Shown: piece after piece, positions 1-8,765 of the stretch
How the letters are laid out: the number at the start of each line of letters is the position of its first letter
Position numbering within the stretch: the first letter of the stretch is position 1
Source: Flavobacterium sp.
GTDB taxonomy: Bacteria; Bacteroidota; Bacteroidia; Flavobacteriales; Flavobacteriaceae
Direction: 5' to 3'
Assembly: GCA_014377455.1 (NCBI GenBank)
Contig: JACMPO010000021.1
Coordinates: 1,903 to 65,902, forward strand
DNA length: 64,000 nucleotides
Made by a program: the position numbers and the translations under genes
Notes under the pieces: generated by a model
Told to the model about the DNA's origin: nothing
The model's database searches: none
The model's input: only the letters and a program-made list of their open reading frames with translations

Positions 1-2
1 AA

Positions 3-419
3 ATGCAATTAGTTGGTCAACAGGCAAGGGTAACATATTGCTGGACTAACCTTCCAAACCTTACTACAATTTGTGCCGATGATTTTGAAATAGCAACGCT
101 TCAAGACTTTTTTACCACTTGCAACACTACTAATATTACTTCTATATCCTCAAATTGTCAACTAAATACTAATACTACAGCTGTAAATAAATTTGAAATT
201 TTTCCCAATCCATTCAATACAAATTTTACAATAGTAAGTGAGGAATTATTTGAGAATTCAAATCTTGAAATTTACAATTATCTTGGAATGAAAATAATCG
301 ATAAAAAGATAGATTCATATGCTACAGTTATAGATTTATCTAATTATTCAACTGGAACATACTTAGTAAAAATTGTAACAGACAACACAATTCAAACAAA
401 AAAAATCATTAAACTGTAA
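3..419 (+). CDS. T9SS type A sorting (CTD) domain protein, C-terminal part; probably truncated by the window edge
   Basis: Ends in a typical CTD: FEIFPNPF...LEIYNYLG...IDLSNYSTGTYLVKI...KKIIKL. No signal peptide in the visible part. Confidence 0.85.
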   Translation: MQLVGQQARVTYCWTNLPNLTTICADDFEIATLQDFFTTCNTTNITSISSNCQLNTNTTAVNKFEIFPNPFNTNFTIVSEELFENSNLEIYNYLGMKIIDKKIDSYATVIDLSNYSTGTYLVKIVTDNTIQTKKIIKL

Positions 420-462
420 TTTCTCAACCTCATTTTATCTTAAAAATAAGTTTAAAAAACAC

Positions 463-470
463 TACTTTTG
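463..470 (+). promoter_or_regulatory. Bacteroidota housekeeping-sigma -7 element (TACTTTTG) for prfC
   Basis: Exact TAnnTTTG 18 nt before ATG 489. The ORF-finder TTG start at 468 lies inside this box. Confidence 0.6.
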
Positions 471-488
471 CAAATTATTGACAAAAAA

Positions 489-2078
489 ATGAGTTTTTTA
501 AAAGAAATAGATCGCAGGCGCACTTTCGGGATTATCTCGCATCCCGATGCAGGAAAAACAACATTAACCGAGAAGTTATTACTTTTTGGTGGTGCCATTC
601 AAGAAGCTGGAGCCGTAAAAAATAATAAAATTAAAAAAGGCGCCACTTCAGATTTTATGGAAATAGAACGCCAACGAGGAATTTCGGTAGCAACTTCTGT
701 TTTAGCCTTTATTTATAAGGACAAAAAAATTAATATTCTCGATACTCCTGGACATAAGGATTTTGCAGAAGATACTTTTAGAACGCTTACTGCTGTTGAC
801 AGTGTTATAGTCGTTATAGATGTGGCAAAAGGAGTCGAGGAACAAACCGAAAAGTTAGTTTCAGTTTGCCGGATGCGAAAAATTCCGATTATAGTTTTTA
901 TTAACAAACTGGATCGTGAAGGGAAAGATGCTTTCGACCTGATGGACGAAGTAGAAAAAAAATTAGGATTACACGTAACACCGCTTAGTTTTCCTATCGG
1001 TATGGGATATGATTTTCAAGGAATTTATAATATTTGGGAACACAACATCAATTTATTTAGTGGTGATAGCCGAAAAAATATTGAAGATACAATCGCAATA
1101 ACAGATATTTTAAGTCCCGAATTAGAAAAACTAATTGGACAAAAACCAGCAACAAAACTTCGGGAAGAATTAGAACTTATTGATGAAGTTTATCCAAAAT
1201 TTGACCGACAAGAATATCTTGATGGCAATTTGCAACCCGTGTTTTTTGGTTCGGCATTAAACAATTTTGGCGTTAGAGAATTATTAGATTGTTTTATCGA
1301 TATTGCGCCATCGCCTAAAGCTAAAGAATCGGACACCAGATTAATAAATCCAACCGAAGAAAAATTATCAGGATTTGTATTTAAAATCCATGCCAATATG
1401 GATCCAAAACACCGCGACCGACTGGCATTTATAAAAATAGTTTCCGGAACTTTTGAACGAAATAAACCCTATTTGCACGTTCGATTGAATAAAAGTTTAA
1501 AGTTTTCTAGTCCCAATGCATTTTTTGCGGAAAAAAAAGAGATAGTAGATATTTCTTATCCTGGCGATATTGTTGGACTTCATGATACGGGGAATTTTAA
1601 AATTGGTGATACCTTAACCGAAGGTGAGCTAATGAGTTTTAAAGGAATTCCAAGTTTTTCGCCCGAGCATTTTAGATATATAAATAATGCCGACCCAATG
1701 AAGGCTAAGCAACTAGAAAAAGGCGTTGACCAACTTATGGATGAAGGAGTTGCACAATTATTTACGCTAGAAATGAACAACCGAAAAATAATTGGAACTG
1801 TGGGAGCACTTCAATATGAAGTAATTCAATACCGATTGGAACATGAATATGGAGCAAAATGTACATACGAAAATTTCCCAGTATACAAAGCCTGTTGGGT
1901 TAAACCCGATGATACCAAAAGCGAGGAGTTTAAAGAATTCAGACGAGTGAAACAAAAATTTCTAGCACACGACAAGTACGGACAATTAGTTTTTCTAGCA
2001 GATTCAGATTTTACTATCCAAATGACACAAAGTAAATATCCGAGCGTCAAGTTGTTTTTTACTTCGGAGTTTGACTAA
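489..2078 (+). CDS. prfC: Peptide chain release factor 3
   Basis: RRRTFGIISHPDAGKTT, DFMEIERQRGIS, DTPGH, NKLD GTPase motifs. Start moved to ATG 489 (MSFLKEI). Confidence 0.98.
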   Translation: MSFLKEIDRRRTFGIISHPDAGKTTLTEKLLLFGGAIQEAGAVKNNKIKKGATSDFMEIERQRGISVATSVLAFIYKDKKINILDTPGHKDFAEDTFRTLTAVDSVIVVIDVAKGVEEQTEKLVSVCRMRKIPIIVFINKLDREGKDAFDLMDEVEKKLGLHVTPLSFPIGMGYDFQGIYNIWEHNINLFSGDSRKNIEDTIAITDILSPELEKLIGQKPATKLREELELIDEVYPKFDRQEYLDGNLQPVFFGSALNNFGVRELLDCFIDIAPSPKAKESDTRLINPTEEKLSGFVFKIHANMDPKHRDRLAFIKIVSGTFERNKPYLHVRLNKSLKFSSPNAFFAEKKEIVDISYPGDIVGLHDTGNFKIGDTLTEGELMSFKGIPSFSPEHFRYINNADPMKAKQLEKGVDQLMDEGVAQLFTLEMNNRKIIGTVGALQYEVIQYRLEHEYGAKCTYENFPVYKACWVKPDDTKSEEFKEFRRVKQKFLAHDKYGQLVFLADSDFTIQMTQSKYPSVKLFFTSEFD

Positions 2079-2167
2079 TTTCTTATTAAAAAAATTATTA
2101 AAGTTCAATTTTGTCCCGTGAATATGCAATATTTATACTTTTTATTAGATAATTAAAAAATTGAAAG

Positions 2168-2175
2168 TATATTTG
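2168..2175 (+). promoter_or_regulatory. -7 element TATATTTG for the microprotein gene
   Basis: Exact TAnnTTTG 21 nt before ATG 2197. Confidence 0.6.
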
Positions 2176-2196
2176 TCCATTAATAAAAAGTGTTTT

Positions 2197-2409
2197 ATGA
2201 AAAATATAATTAAATGCGGTCTAGTAGTTTTTGTTTTGTTGTCAAATTTTGTTGTTTTTGCACAACCAGGAGACGAGAACAATACGGGAAATCTTCAGGG
2301 AAATGACCCAGCTCCAGCCCCTATAAACGGAAAATTAATATTTCTGGCAATAGCTGGGATTGCTTACGCTATTTATTTCTATAAAAATTACAATAAAAAA
2401 CAAGCTTAA
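2197..2409 (+). CDS. 70-aa secreted microprotein with PID-CTERM-like C-terminal sorting signal
   Basis: Signal peptide ending VVFA|Q, 19-aa polar segment, then PINGK + hydrophobic helix + basic tail KNYNKKQA. Has its own promoter box and terminator. Confidence 0.75.
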   Translation: MKNIIKCGLVVFVLLSNFVVFAQPGDENNTGNLQGNDPAPAPINGKLIFLAIAGIAYAIYFYKNYNKKQA

Positions 2410-2460
2410 AATTCTAAACAACTCTCAATTTAATTTTAGTAAATTGATTTATCACATGTA

Positions 2461-2487
2461 AAAAAATCCCTCAATGAGGGATTTTTT
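2461..2487. terminator. Bidirectional intrinsic terminator
   Basis: Perfect inverted repeat AAAAAATCCCTCA-A-TGAGGGATTTTTT between convergent genes. Confidence 0.9.
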
Positions 2488-2502
2488 ATTTTTATAAATT
2501 TG

Positions 2503-3135
2503 CTAAACTTTGGCCTTACCAGAAGCTTTTAAGTTTTGGGTTTCAAATCCAGCAAAATCTCTCATATAACTCTTTACCGAAGTCCCATAGTTATCTTTTA
2601 TTTTTCTTCTACCTTTAGATTCTAAAAACTTTCGTACCGATCCTGCTCCACCTAAATGTGCAGATGCTAAAATTCCCGATTCGGTAATAGTAACACCATC
2701 TATAACTTTACCGCTGTAAATTTTTATTAAATCCCGAAGTTGCCATTTATTAATTTTGATAAGCGCAACAAATGCTTTTTCTTGTAGTTCTGGATTGTTT
2801 AAAAATTGCTGATTATTGGTTATACCAACAGATCGAAGTGCCGAAGTGCCAAACTGATATTTACCTAAATATCCTAAAGAGTTGACTAAATCGTATTGTC
2901 CTCGAGATTCTCTGCAAGCAATGGCTTCTTTAAAGCCAATAAAATATTTCCCTGTGTAAGGTAATAAACGTGATTTATAGTCAGATTCTTTTTCAGAAGG
3001 CAGTTGGTATTGGAGTACAGAAGTTTCATTTTTTAAAAACCATTGATGATTTTGAGGTATTTTAGGTTTAAAAGCCGTACTTATAAAACCTACTATCACA
3101 ATGATTGCTGTATAAAATGTCCATCTGTTTATCAT
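2503..3135 (-). CDS. Lysozyme/lytic-transglycosylase-like protein with N-terminal membrane anchor
   Basis: FKEAIACRESRGQY...LGYLGKYQFG (E-S motif) and ASAHLGGAG. Start moved to ATG 3135 (MINRW). Confidence 0.65.
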   Translation of the reverse strand: MINRWTFYTAIIVIVGFISTAFKPKIPQNHQWFLKNETSVLQYQLPSEKESDYKSRLLPYTGKYFIGFKEAIACRESRGQYDLVNSLGYLGKYQFGTSALRSVGITNNQQFLNNPELQEKAFVALIKINKWQLRDLIKIYSGKVIDGVTITESGILASAHLGGAGSVRKFLESKGRRKIKDNYGTSVKSYMRDFAGFETQNLKASGKAKV

Positions 3136-3181
3136 AAAATGTAATTTCTCAAACGCTGTCACCTTCTTGAATATTGCCGTG

Positions 3182-3189
3182 CAAATATA
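3182..3189 (-). promoter_or_regulatory. -7 element TATATTTG for the lysozyme-like gene
   Basis: CAAATATA on + strand = TATATTTG on - strand. Confidence 0.6.
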
Positions 3190-3230
3190 CACTATTTTTT
3201 TACATTATGATAATCAGTGAGTTAAATAAA

Positions 3231-4139
3231 TCAAAAATACAAAAAGTACCACTCTGCCTTTCCAAACTGATCCATTTGAAATGTAGGTGCTGGAATTTTC
3301 ACAGTATTAAAAAGTGAACACACTGTTTTTAAAAAGTGCGATTTGGTTTTTATTTTAGTCAAATCGACATCAAAGCTTAAATAATAAACTCTAGTTCGTT
3401 GCTTATCGGGAAAAAAAACTGTGTTTACCAACGCTTCCTGACCCGTAATCATTCCCTTTGCGCCATAACCTACAGCTAAGTTTAACCATGTTGGAATTTT
3501 AGATTTTTTAAAAAAAGAATGTACATTTCCAGACAACCAATAAGTTTGCCCATTATAATCTTTTAGTATTTGCTCTTGCAAATTGCTACCTAAAACTGCT
3601 GGTCTTGCCGAGGCATATTCTGTGTTATGAAATGAAAATTTAGGTACTATTCGTTGTTCGTTCCAAAGCAAATCTTGTGAAACATACAATAAAGTTCCTG
3701 AAAAATTGGCTATCATATCGCCCCACGAAAAACCCCAATTAGAAGAATATCCATCGAAAACTTCAACTACAGTCATGAATGAAAATCCTAACGTTGATCC
3801 ATAAATGAGTTGATTTTTTCTAGATGCACCAGACCATTTTAAAGCTTCTGCGCCAAACCTTCCTAAATTATAAGTTGAAAAAGCATGACCCATTTTATCC
3901 ATTTGCAACCACTCATTATTATCATTTATAGTATGAAAATTGGATTTAGGATAATCGGCATACCAAAGCTGATTCAAGCCCAACAAAGTTATACCACCAA
4001 TGGCAACTTCCGAGAGGTAAACACCATTTCTTCGAGCTTTATTCAGCGAATCTGTCGGCTTTAAAAAAGCGTTTAGATTTGCTTGCGAAAAAACAAATGA
4101 ATTCCATAAATAAAACAGCAAAATCAGTTTTTTCAGCAT
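3231..4139 (-). CDS. DUF2279/YfiM-family protein
   Basis: EWLQMDKMGH...GFSWGDMIAN..G...DYNGQTYWLS pattern; signal peptide; ends in aromatic residues. ATG 4139 preferred. Confidence 0.75.
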   Translation of the reverse strand: MLKKLILLFYLWNSFVFSQANLNAFLKPTDSLNKARRNGVYLSEVAIGGITLLGLNQLWYADYPKSNFHTINDNNEWLQMDKMGHAFSTYNLGRFGAEALKWSGASRKNQLIYGSTLGFSFMTVVEVFDGYSSNWGFSWGDMIANFSGTLLYVSQDLLWNEQRIVPKFSFHNTEYASARPAVLGSNLQEQILKDYNGQTYWLSGNVHSFFKKSKIPTWLNLAVGYGAKGMITGQEALVNTVFFPDKQRTRVYYLSFDVDLTKIKTKSHFLKTVCSLFNTVKIPAPTFQMDQFGKAEWYFLYF

Positions 4140-4152
4140 GACAATGTTGATG

Positions 4153-6285
4153 CTATTTGTTATTATCAATAACATAATTCAACACTTTGGTCATCAAGTG
4201 AACTCTGTCTTTCCCCAAAACATTGTGTTTGTGCATTGGATATGCAAAAAAATCAACCTGCTTTTCAGCTTCCACAAACTTTTTTATCAACGCAAAATTA
4301 TTTTGCATTACTACAACATCATCACTGGTGCCATGAATTAAGAGAAGTTTTCCCTGTAAATTCTTTACATAATTCAAGGAGCTGGCTTCGTCAAAACCTT
4401 TCTGATTTTCAGTTGGTGTGTCCATATAGCGTTCGCCATACATAATTTCGTAATATTTCCAATCGGTAACTGGTCCGCCTGCAACTCCTACTTTAAAAAC
4501 ATCTGGTTTTCTAAGCATTAACGAAGTCGTCATAAAGCCACCAAAACTCCAACCGTGAACAGCCAATCGGTTAGAATCAACGTACGGTAAAGATTTTAAA
4601 TATTCGACTCCTTTCATCTGATCTTCCATTTCATTTACACCCAATCGACCATGGATTACACTTTCAAAAGCAAATCCGCGATTGTCAGAACCGCGATTGT
4701 CCACTGTAAAGACAAGATATCCTTGTTCTGCCATCCAATACATCCACAAATTAGCACCATCTAAATAAGAATTTGTAATCATTTGCGCATGAGGACCACC
4801 GTAAACATATACTAAAACAGCGTATTTTTTGGTTTCATCAAAGTTACTGGGTTTTATAAGTCTTGTAAATAAATCGGTAATACCATCGGCACTTTTAATT
4901 GTTTTTACAGTCGCAGTTCCAAGCTGATACCCTTCATATTTATTTTTGCTTTCTAATAATAACTTTGATTTTAAATTTTTGTCATACAATAATGATTTTG
5001 ATGGCGTATCATGATTTGAATATTCATCTAAAATCCAATTTCCATCAGATGATATGGAAACCGAATGTGTTCCTAAATCTTTCGTTATTAAAGTTTGTTT
5101 ACCATTTAAATCTACTTTATAAACAAGCATATTAGTTCCATTTTCACCCGTTGCTTTAAAATAAATTTCTGTTCCTGAAGTATTTGTTCCCAAAATTTCT
5201 CGAGCGGGAAATTTATTTGCAGTCAGTTGCTTTATAAATTTACCTTCGATGGAATAGTAATATAAATTTTGAAATCCATCTTTTTCACTAAACCAAATAA
5301 AATTATTTGATTTGGAACTTGGAAAATAGGCATCATGTTCGGGTTCAACCCAAGCATCATTGGTTTCGTTTAATATAGTTCGTACAAATTTTCCAGTAAC
5401 AGCGTCATAAACATTAAGGCACATATCGTTTTGACCACGATTTAATTCGGCTAATAAAATATATTTTTCATCAGGCGACCACGACAAATTAGTCATGTAA
5501 TCGTCAGCATTATTTCGAGGCTTGATAAAAACAGTTTGTTTGGTTTCGATATTATAAATTCCAACTCGTGGTTTTTCAGATTTTTGACCAATCATTGGAT
5601 ATTTTATTGAAACTAATTTGCCAGGCGTTTCATTAATATCAAGAATTGGATAATCGGCAACTTCAGTCTGATCCTTTTGATAGAAAGCAATAAAAGAGGA
5701 TTTTGGCGACCAGAAAATACCTTTATCAATCCCAAATTCGTTTCGTGCAAAAAACTGTCCTGAAACAATAGCTTCATTTGTTTCACTTGTAATTGCGACT
5801 TTTTCTTTATTTTTATTTATAAAATATAAGTTGTTTTTTTCGGTAAAAGCTACTTGGAACTTACTTGAATCAAACAATTGATTTTCTGCATTCTCAGGTA
5901 ATTCATTCATTAATTTTCCAGTTTTGGAAACAATCGAAAACGAATAATATTTTCCTTGATCTGCAATTAAAAAATTACTAGCATCAATCCACTCTAATCC
6001 AAAAAAACTTTTTAATTTAGTTCCTAAACTCATATTTAAATCGGATAACGAAATCAATTCTTTTACTGTCGCATTCTTTGATGAAGCAGTAACTATTTTA
6101 GTCCAATTTTCGGTATAATAAACGTAATTTGATGTATTTGGAATCCATTGAAAACCCGTGAGTCTATCGGCTTTAAAAAGTTTATTTTGTTGCAATACAG
6201 CATCCGAAAGTGAAATTTTTTTTAATTGCGCAAATGTTAAACTCGAGCAGATAAAAAGAAATAATAAAAGTATTTTCTTGTTCAT
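4153..6285 (-). CDS. S9B dipeptidyl-peptidase IV
   Basis: DPP IV beta-propeller N-terminus, GWSFGG nucleophile elbow, LIHGTSDDVV, C-terminal His (HKHNV); signal peptide. Confidence 0.93.
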   Translation of the reverse strand: MNKKILLLFLFICSSLTFAQLKKISLSDAVLQQNKLFKADRLTGFQWIPNTSNYVYYTENWTKIVTASSKNATVKELISLSDLNMSLGTKLKSFFGLEWIDASNFLIADQGKYYSFSIVSKTGKLMNELPENAENQLFDSSKFQVAFTEKNNLYFINKNKEKVAITSETNEAIVSGQFFARNEFGIDKGIFWSPKSSFIAFYQKDQTEVADYPILDINETPGKLVSIKYPMIGQKSEKPRVGIYNIETKQTVFIKPRNNADDYMTNLSWSPDEKYILLAELNRGQNDMCLNVYDAVTGKFVRTILNETNDAWVEPEHDAYFPSSKSNNFIWFSEKDGFQNLYYYSIEGKFIKQLTANKFPAREILGTNTSGTEIYFKATGENGTNMLVYKVDLNGKQTLITKDLGTHSVSISSDGNWILDEYSNHDTPSKSLLYDKNLKSKLLLESKNKYEGYQLGTATVKTIKSADGITDLFTRLIKPSNFDETKKYAVLVYVYGGPHAQMITNSYLDGANLWMYWMAEQGYLVFTVDNRGSDNRGFAFESVIHGRLGVNEMEDQMKGVEYLKSLPYVDSNRLAVHGWSFGGFMTTSLMLRKPDVFKVGVAGGPVTDWKYYEIMYGERYMDTPTENQKGFDEASSLNYVKNLQGKLLLIHGTSDDVVVMQNNFALIKKFVEAEKQVDFFAYPMHKHNVLGKDRVHLMTKVLNYVIDNNK

Positions 6286-6361
6286 AATAAAATTTTTTAT
6301 AGCGTAAAAATACTAAAATAACCTATCATTTTTACTTTTTATCAAAATGTACAACTTGAAA

Positions 6362-6387
6362 TTAAACTATTCTAAAAAGTGAGCGTC
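6362..6387 (+). promoter_or_regulatory. Putative ECF-sigma promoter TTAAAC-N16-CGTC
   Basis: -35/-10 pair with 16-nt spacer upstream of 6443. No TAnnTTTG in this intergenic region on +. Confidence 0.45.
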
Positions 6388-6442
6388 TTACAAACAGAAT
6401 ATTGAATATGTTTTAATTGCGATCAAAATAATAATCATTAAA

Positions 6443-7294
6443 ATGAATATCATGAAACAATCAATTGCAATCTGTTTTTTATTAATTTCTTCCTTATTTA
6501 GTTATGGACAAGAAGTTAATGTTCCTGAAAACTCAGGTGACAATTTTAGTCTTGAAGGTGCTTTGGCTATTTTAAAAAAATCAAATTCTGTTGAAGAGTT
6601 TGAAACACTTTTAAATAAAGAAGATAACAACGTAAACAATTTAGATTTAAATAATGATGGTGACATCGATTATATTTCGGTTAACGATATCCAAGAAGGC
6701 GAAACTCATGTACTGGTTTTAAGTACCTTTTTAAGTGAAACCGAAAAGCAAGACATTGCTACTATTGGAATTGAAAAAACGGGTCCAGAAACTGTAACCC
6801 TACAAATAGAAGGAAATACTGACTTGTATCCTGCAAACACTATTGCTGAACCTTTTGACACAATTGAAACCAGCAAAGGCGGTAAATCGGGTCCAAATTT
6901 GCCTCAAATAAACGTAAATAATATTATTGTTAACGTTTGGTTTTGGCCCAGCATTCGGTTTATTTATGGACCACGATATGTTGCGTTCCGTTCGCCATAT
7001 CGTTGGGCAACTTACCCAATTTGGTGGAAACCTTGGCATCCGTTCAGACGTTCGATTTTCTATTCAAGATGTGCTCCAAATAGTGTTTTTTATCGACGAA
7101 CACCAGCAAGAACTGTAATTGTAGCTCACAATATTTATTCCACAAGAAGAAATCGATCTACTTTAGTAATTCGTAATCGTCGTGGTGGTACAACAATAGT
7201 TAGAACAAATAAGATAAGACCAAATAATGCTATTCGAAGCGGAAACAGTATTAGAGTAAATACTGGTGTTCGTGGCGGAAGAAGAAGACGTTAA
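6443..7294 (+). CDS. Secreted hypothetical protein with EF-hand-like loop and Arg-rich C-terminal tail
   Basis: Signal peptide ending SYG|Q; acidic domain with DLNNDGDIDYI; W/P/R-rich segment; tail ending GGRRRR. Confidence 0.7.
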   Translation: MNIMKQSIAICFLLISSLFSYGQEVNVPENSGDNFSLEGALAILKKSNSVEEFETLLNKEDNNVNNLDLNNDGDIDYISVNDIQEGETHVLVLSTFLSETEKQDIATIGIEKTGPETVTLQIEGNTDLYPANTIAEPFDTIETSKGGKSGPNLPQINVNNIIVNVWFWPSIRFIYGPRYVAFRSPYRWATYPIWWKPWHPFRRSIFYSRCAPNSVFYRRTPARTVIVAHNIYSTRRNRSTLVIRNRRGGTTIVRTNKIRPNNAIRSGNSIRVNTGVRGGRRRR

Positions 7295-7327
7295 ATAGTT
7301 TAAAATAATAAAACCAACTTTTCAATC

Positions 7328-8731
7328 ATGGATAGTAGTAATCTTTGGTCTTTACGATTAGGATTTTCTGGAAAGCAAGCTCTGGAAATAGATAAAAATG
7401 GAATTCAAAACTTTTTGAAAAACTCATTTTCAAATCAATATGATACCAAATTGCCTGATTTTCTTCAAGATGATCCAAAAACGCTCGAGGAATTTAAAAA
7501 TTTACGAAGCCAAATTAAAAATGCTGATTCGGTAGAACAAAAAAAGATTCTACGAAAACAATTGTACGGAACTGTTGAAATGAAAAATTGGTGGCTCACT
7601 AAAATGCAAAACGAATCGTATCCGCTACGAGAGAAAATGGTTTGTTTTTGGCACAATCATTTTGTAGCTACAGCACAAAAAGTAAAAGGTAATTACTGGA
7701 TTTATCAACACAATATGATTTTGCGGGAAAATGCTTTTGGAAATTTCAAAGAGTTGACCAAAAAAATCGTAAAATCCAATGCTATGGTGCGCTATCTGGA
7801 CAATGTTGACAATAAAAAAGGGAATTATAATGAAAATTTAAGTCGTGAATTACTAGAATTATTTACCCTAGGAATTGGGAATTACTCCGAAGATGATATT
7901 AAAAATGGAGCCAAAGCACTAGCTGGACTTGGACTAGGTGAAGAAAATGCAATTTACAGACGTTTTTTTGAAGACAATGATGATAAAACATATCTTGGAA
8001 AAACTGGAAATTTAAAAGCAGATGATTTGGTCAATCAAATTTTTAAACAAAAAAACATATCCTATTTAATAACGCGCAAAATATTAAAATGGTTTATCTA
8101 TGACAATCCAAAAGAGGAACTTGTGCTTTATTATGGTGATTATTTCAGAAAAATGAATTTTGAAATAGAACCCTTGTTAACAAAAGTCTTTACTGAAGAA
8201 TATGCTAAACCTACTGCTGGAAGCAAAATAAAAAATCCCTTAGAATTTCTTTTTCAGATGGTTGATGAATTACAAATTACCAATTTTAAACCAATTACCG
8301 CTGCTTTTTTTGCAAAGCAACAAGGCATGGATTTGTTTAATCAGGTGAATGTAAAAGGTTGGGATGGAGGAAACTCATGGCTTACATCTCAAATTTATTT
8401 GCAGCGGAATAACACCAGCGATTTATTAATTAATGGACGAACGATAAGCAGAAAAGAGTTGAAAGTTGGCGAATCCGAAATGAAAGAAAACGAACCTCAA
8501 TTTGCATTTCAAAAAATTAAAGTTGCTGTAAATTTTGATTCCAATGGAAATAATAAGAATATCATTGCGCAACTTTCGAATAGGTTACTATTTAAAGTTG
8601 ATGAGGCAACACAAAAAGATATGGAGACAATATTGAAATACGATTTCAATGCAAAAGAAGAAAATGCAAATGATGCAGTGCTCCGATTGTACAGTTATAT
8701 CGCAAAAACGCCAGAATATCAATTAATATAA
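7328..8731 (+). CDS. DUF1800 family protein
   Basis: LREKMVCFWHNHF, YLDN..N.K...NENLSRELLELFTLG, P.VKGW-like motif, terminal PEYQL. Confidence 0.9.
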   Translation: MDSSNLWSLRLGFSGKQALEIDKNGIQNFLKNSFSNQYDTKLPDFLQDDPKTLEEFKNLRSQIKNADSVEQKKILRKQLYGTVEMKNWWLTKMQNESYPLREKMVCFWHNHFVATAQKVKGNYWIYQHNMILRENAFGNFKELTKKIVKSNAMVRYLDNVDNKKGNYNENLSRELLELFTLGIGNYSEDDIKNGAKALAGLGLGEENAIYRRFFEDNDDKTYLGKTGNLKADDLVNQIFKQKNISYLITRKILKWFIYDNPKEELVLYYGDYFRKMNFEIEPLLTKVFTEEYAKPTAGSKIKNPLEFLFQMVDELQITNFKPITAAFFAKQQGMDLFNQVNVKGWDGGNSWLTSQIYLQRNNTSDLLINGRTISRKELKVGESEMKENEPQFAFQKIKVAVNFDSNGNNKNIIAQLSNRLLFKVDEATQKDMETILKYDFNAKEENANDAVLRLYSYIAKTPEYQLI

Positions 8732-8765
8732 ATGCTCATTCATAATTAAAGATAAAAAAAGAATC

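Noticed and set aside
468-488. TTG start for prfC
   Set aside because: Lies inside the -7 promoter box; ATG 489 gives the typical MSFLKEI start.
713-2050. Five short minus-strand ORFs inside prfC
   Set aside because: Antisense shadows of a highly conserved gene, with no motifs.
4138-5135. Short + strand ORFs (4138, 4236, 4899)
   Set aside because: Antisense to DPP IV, with no recognisable content.
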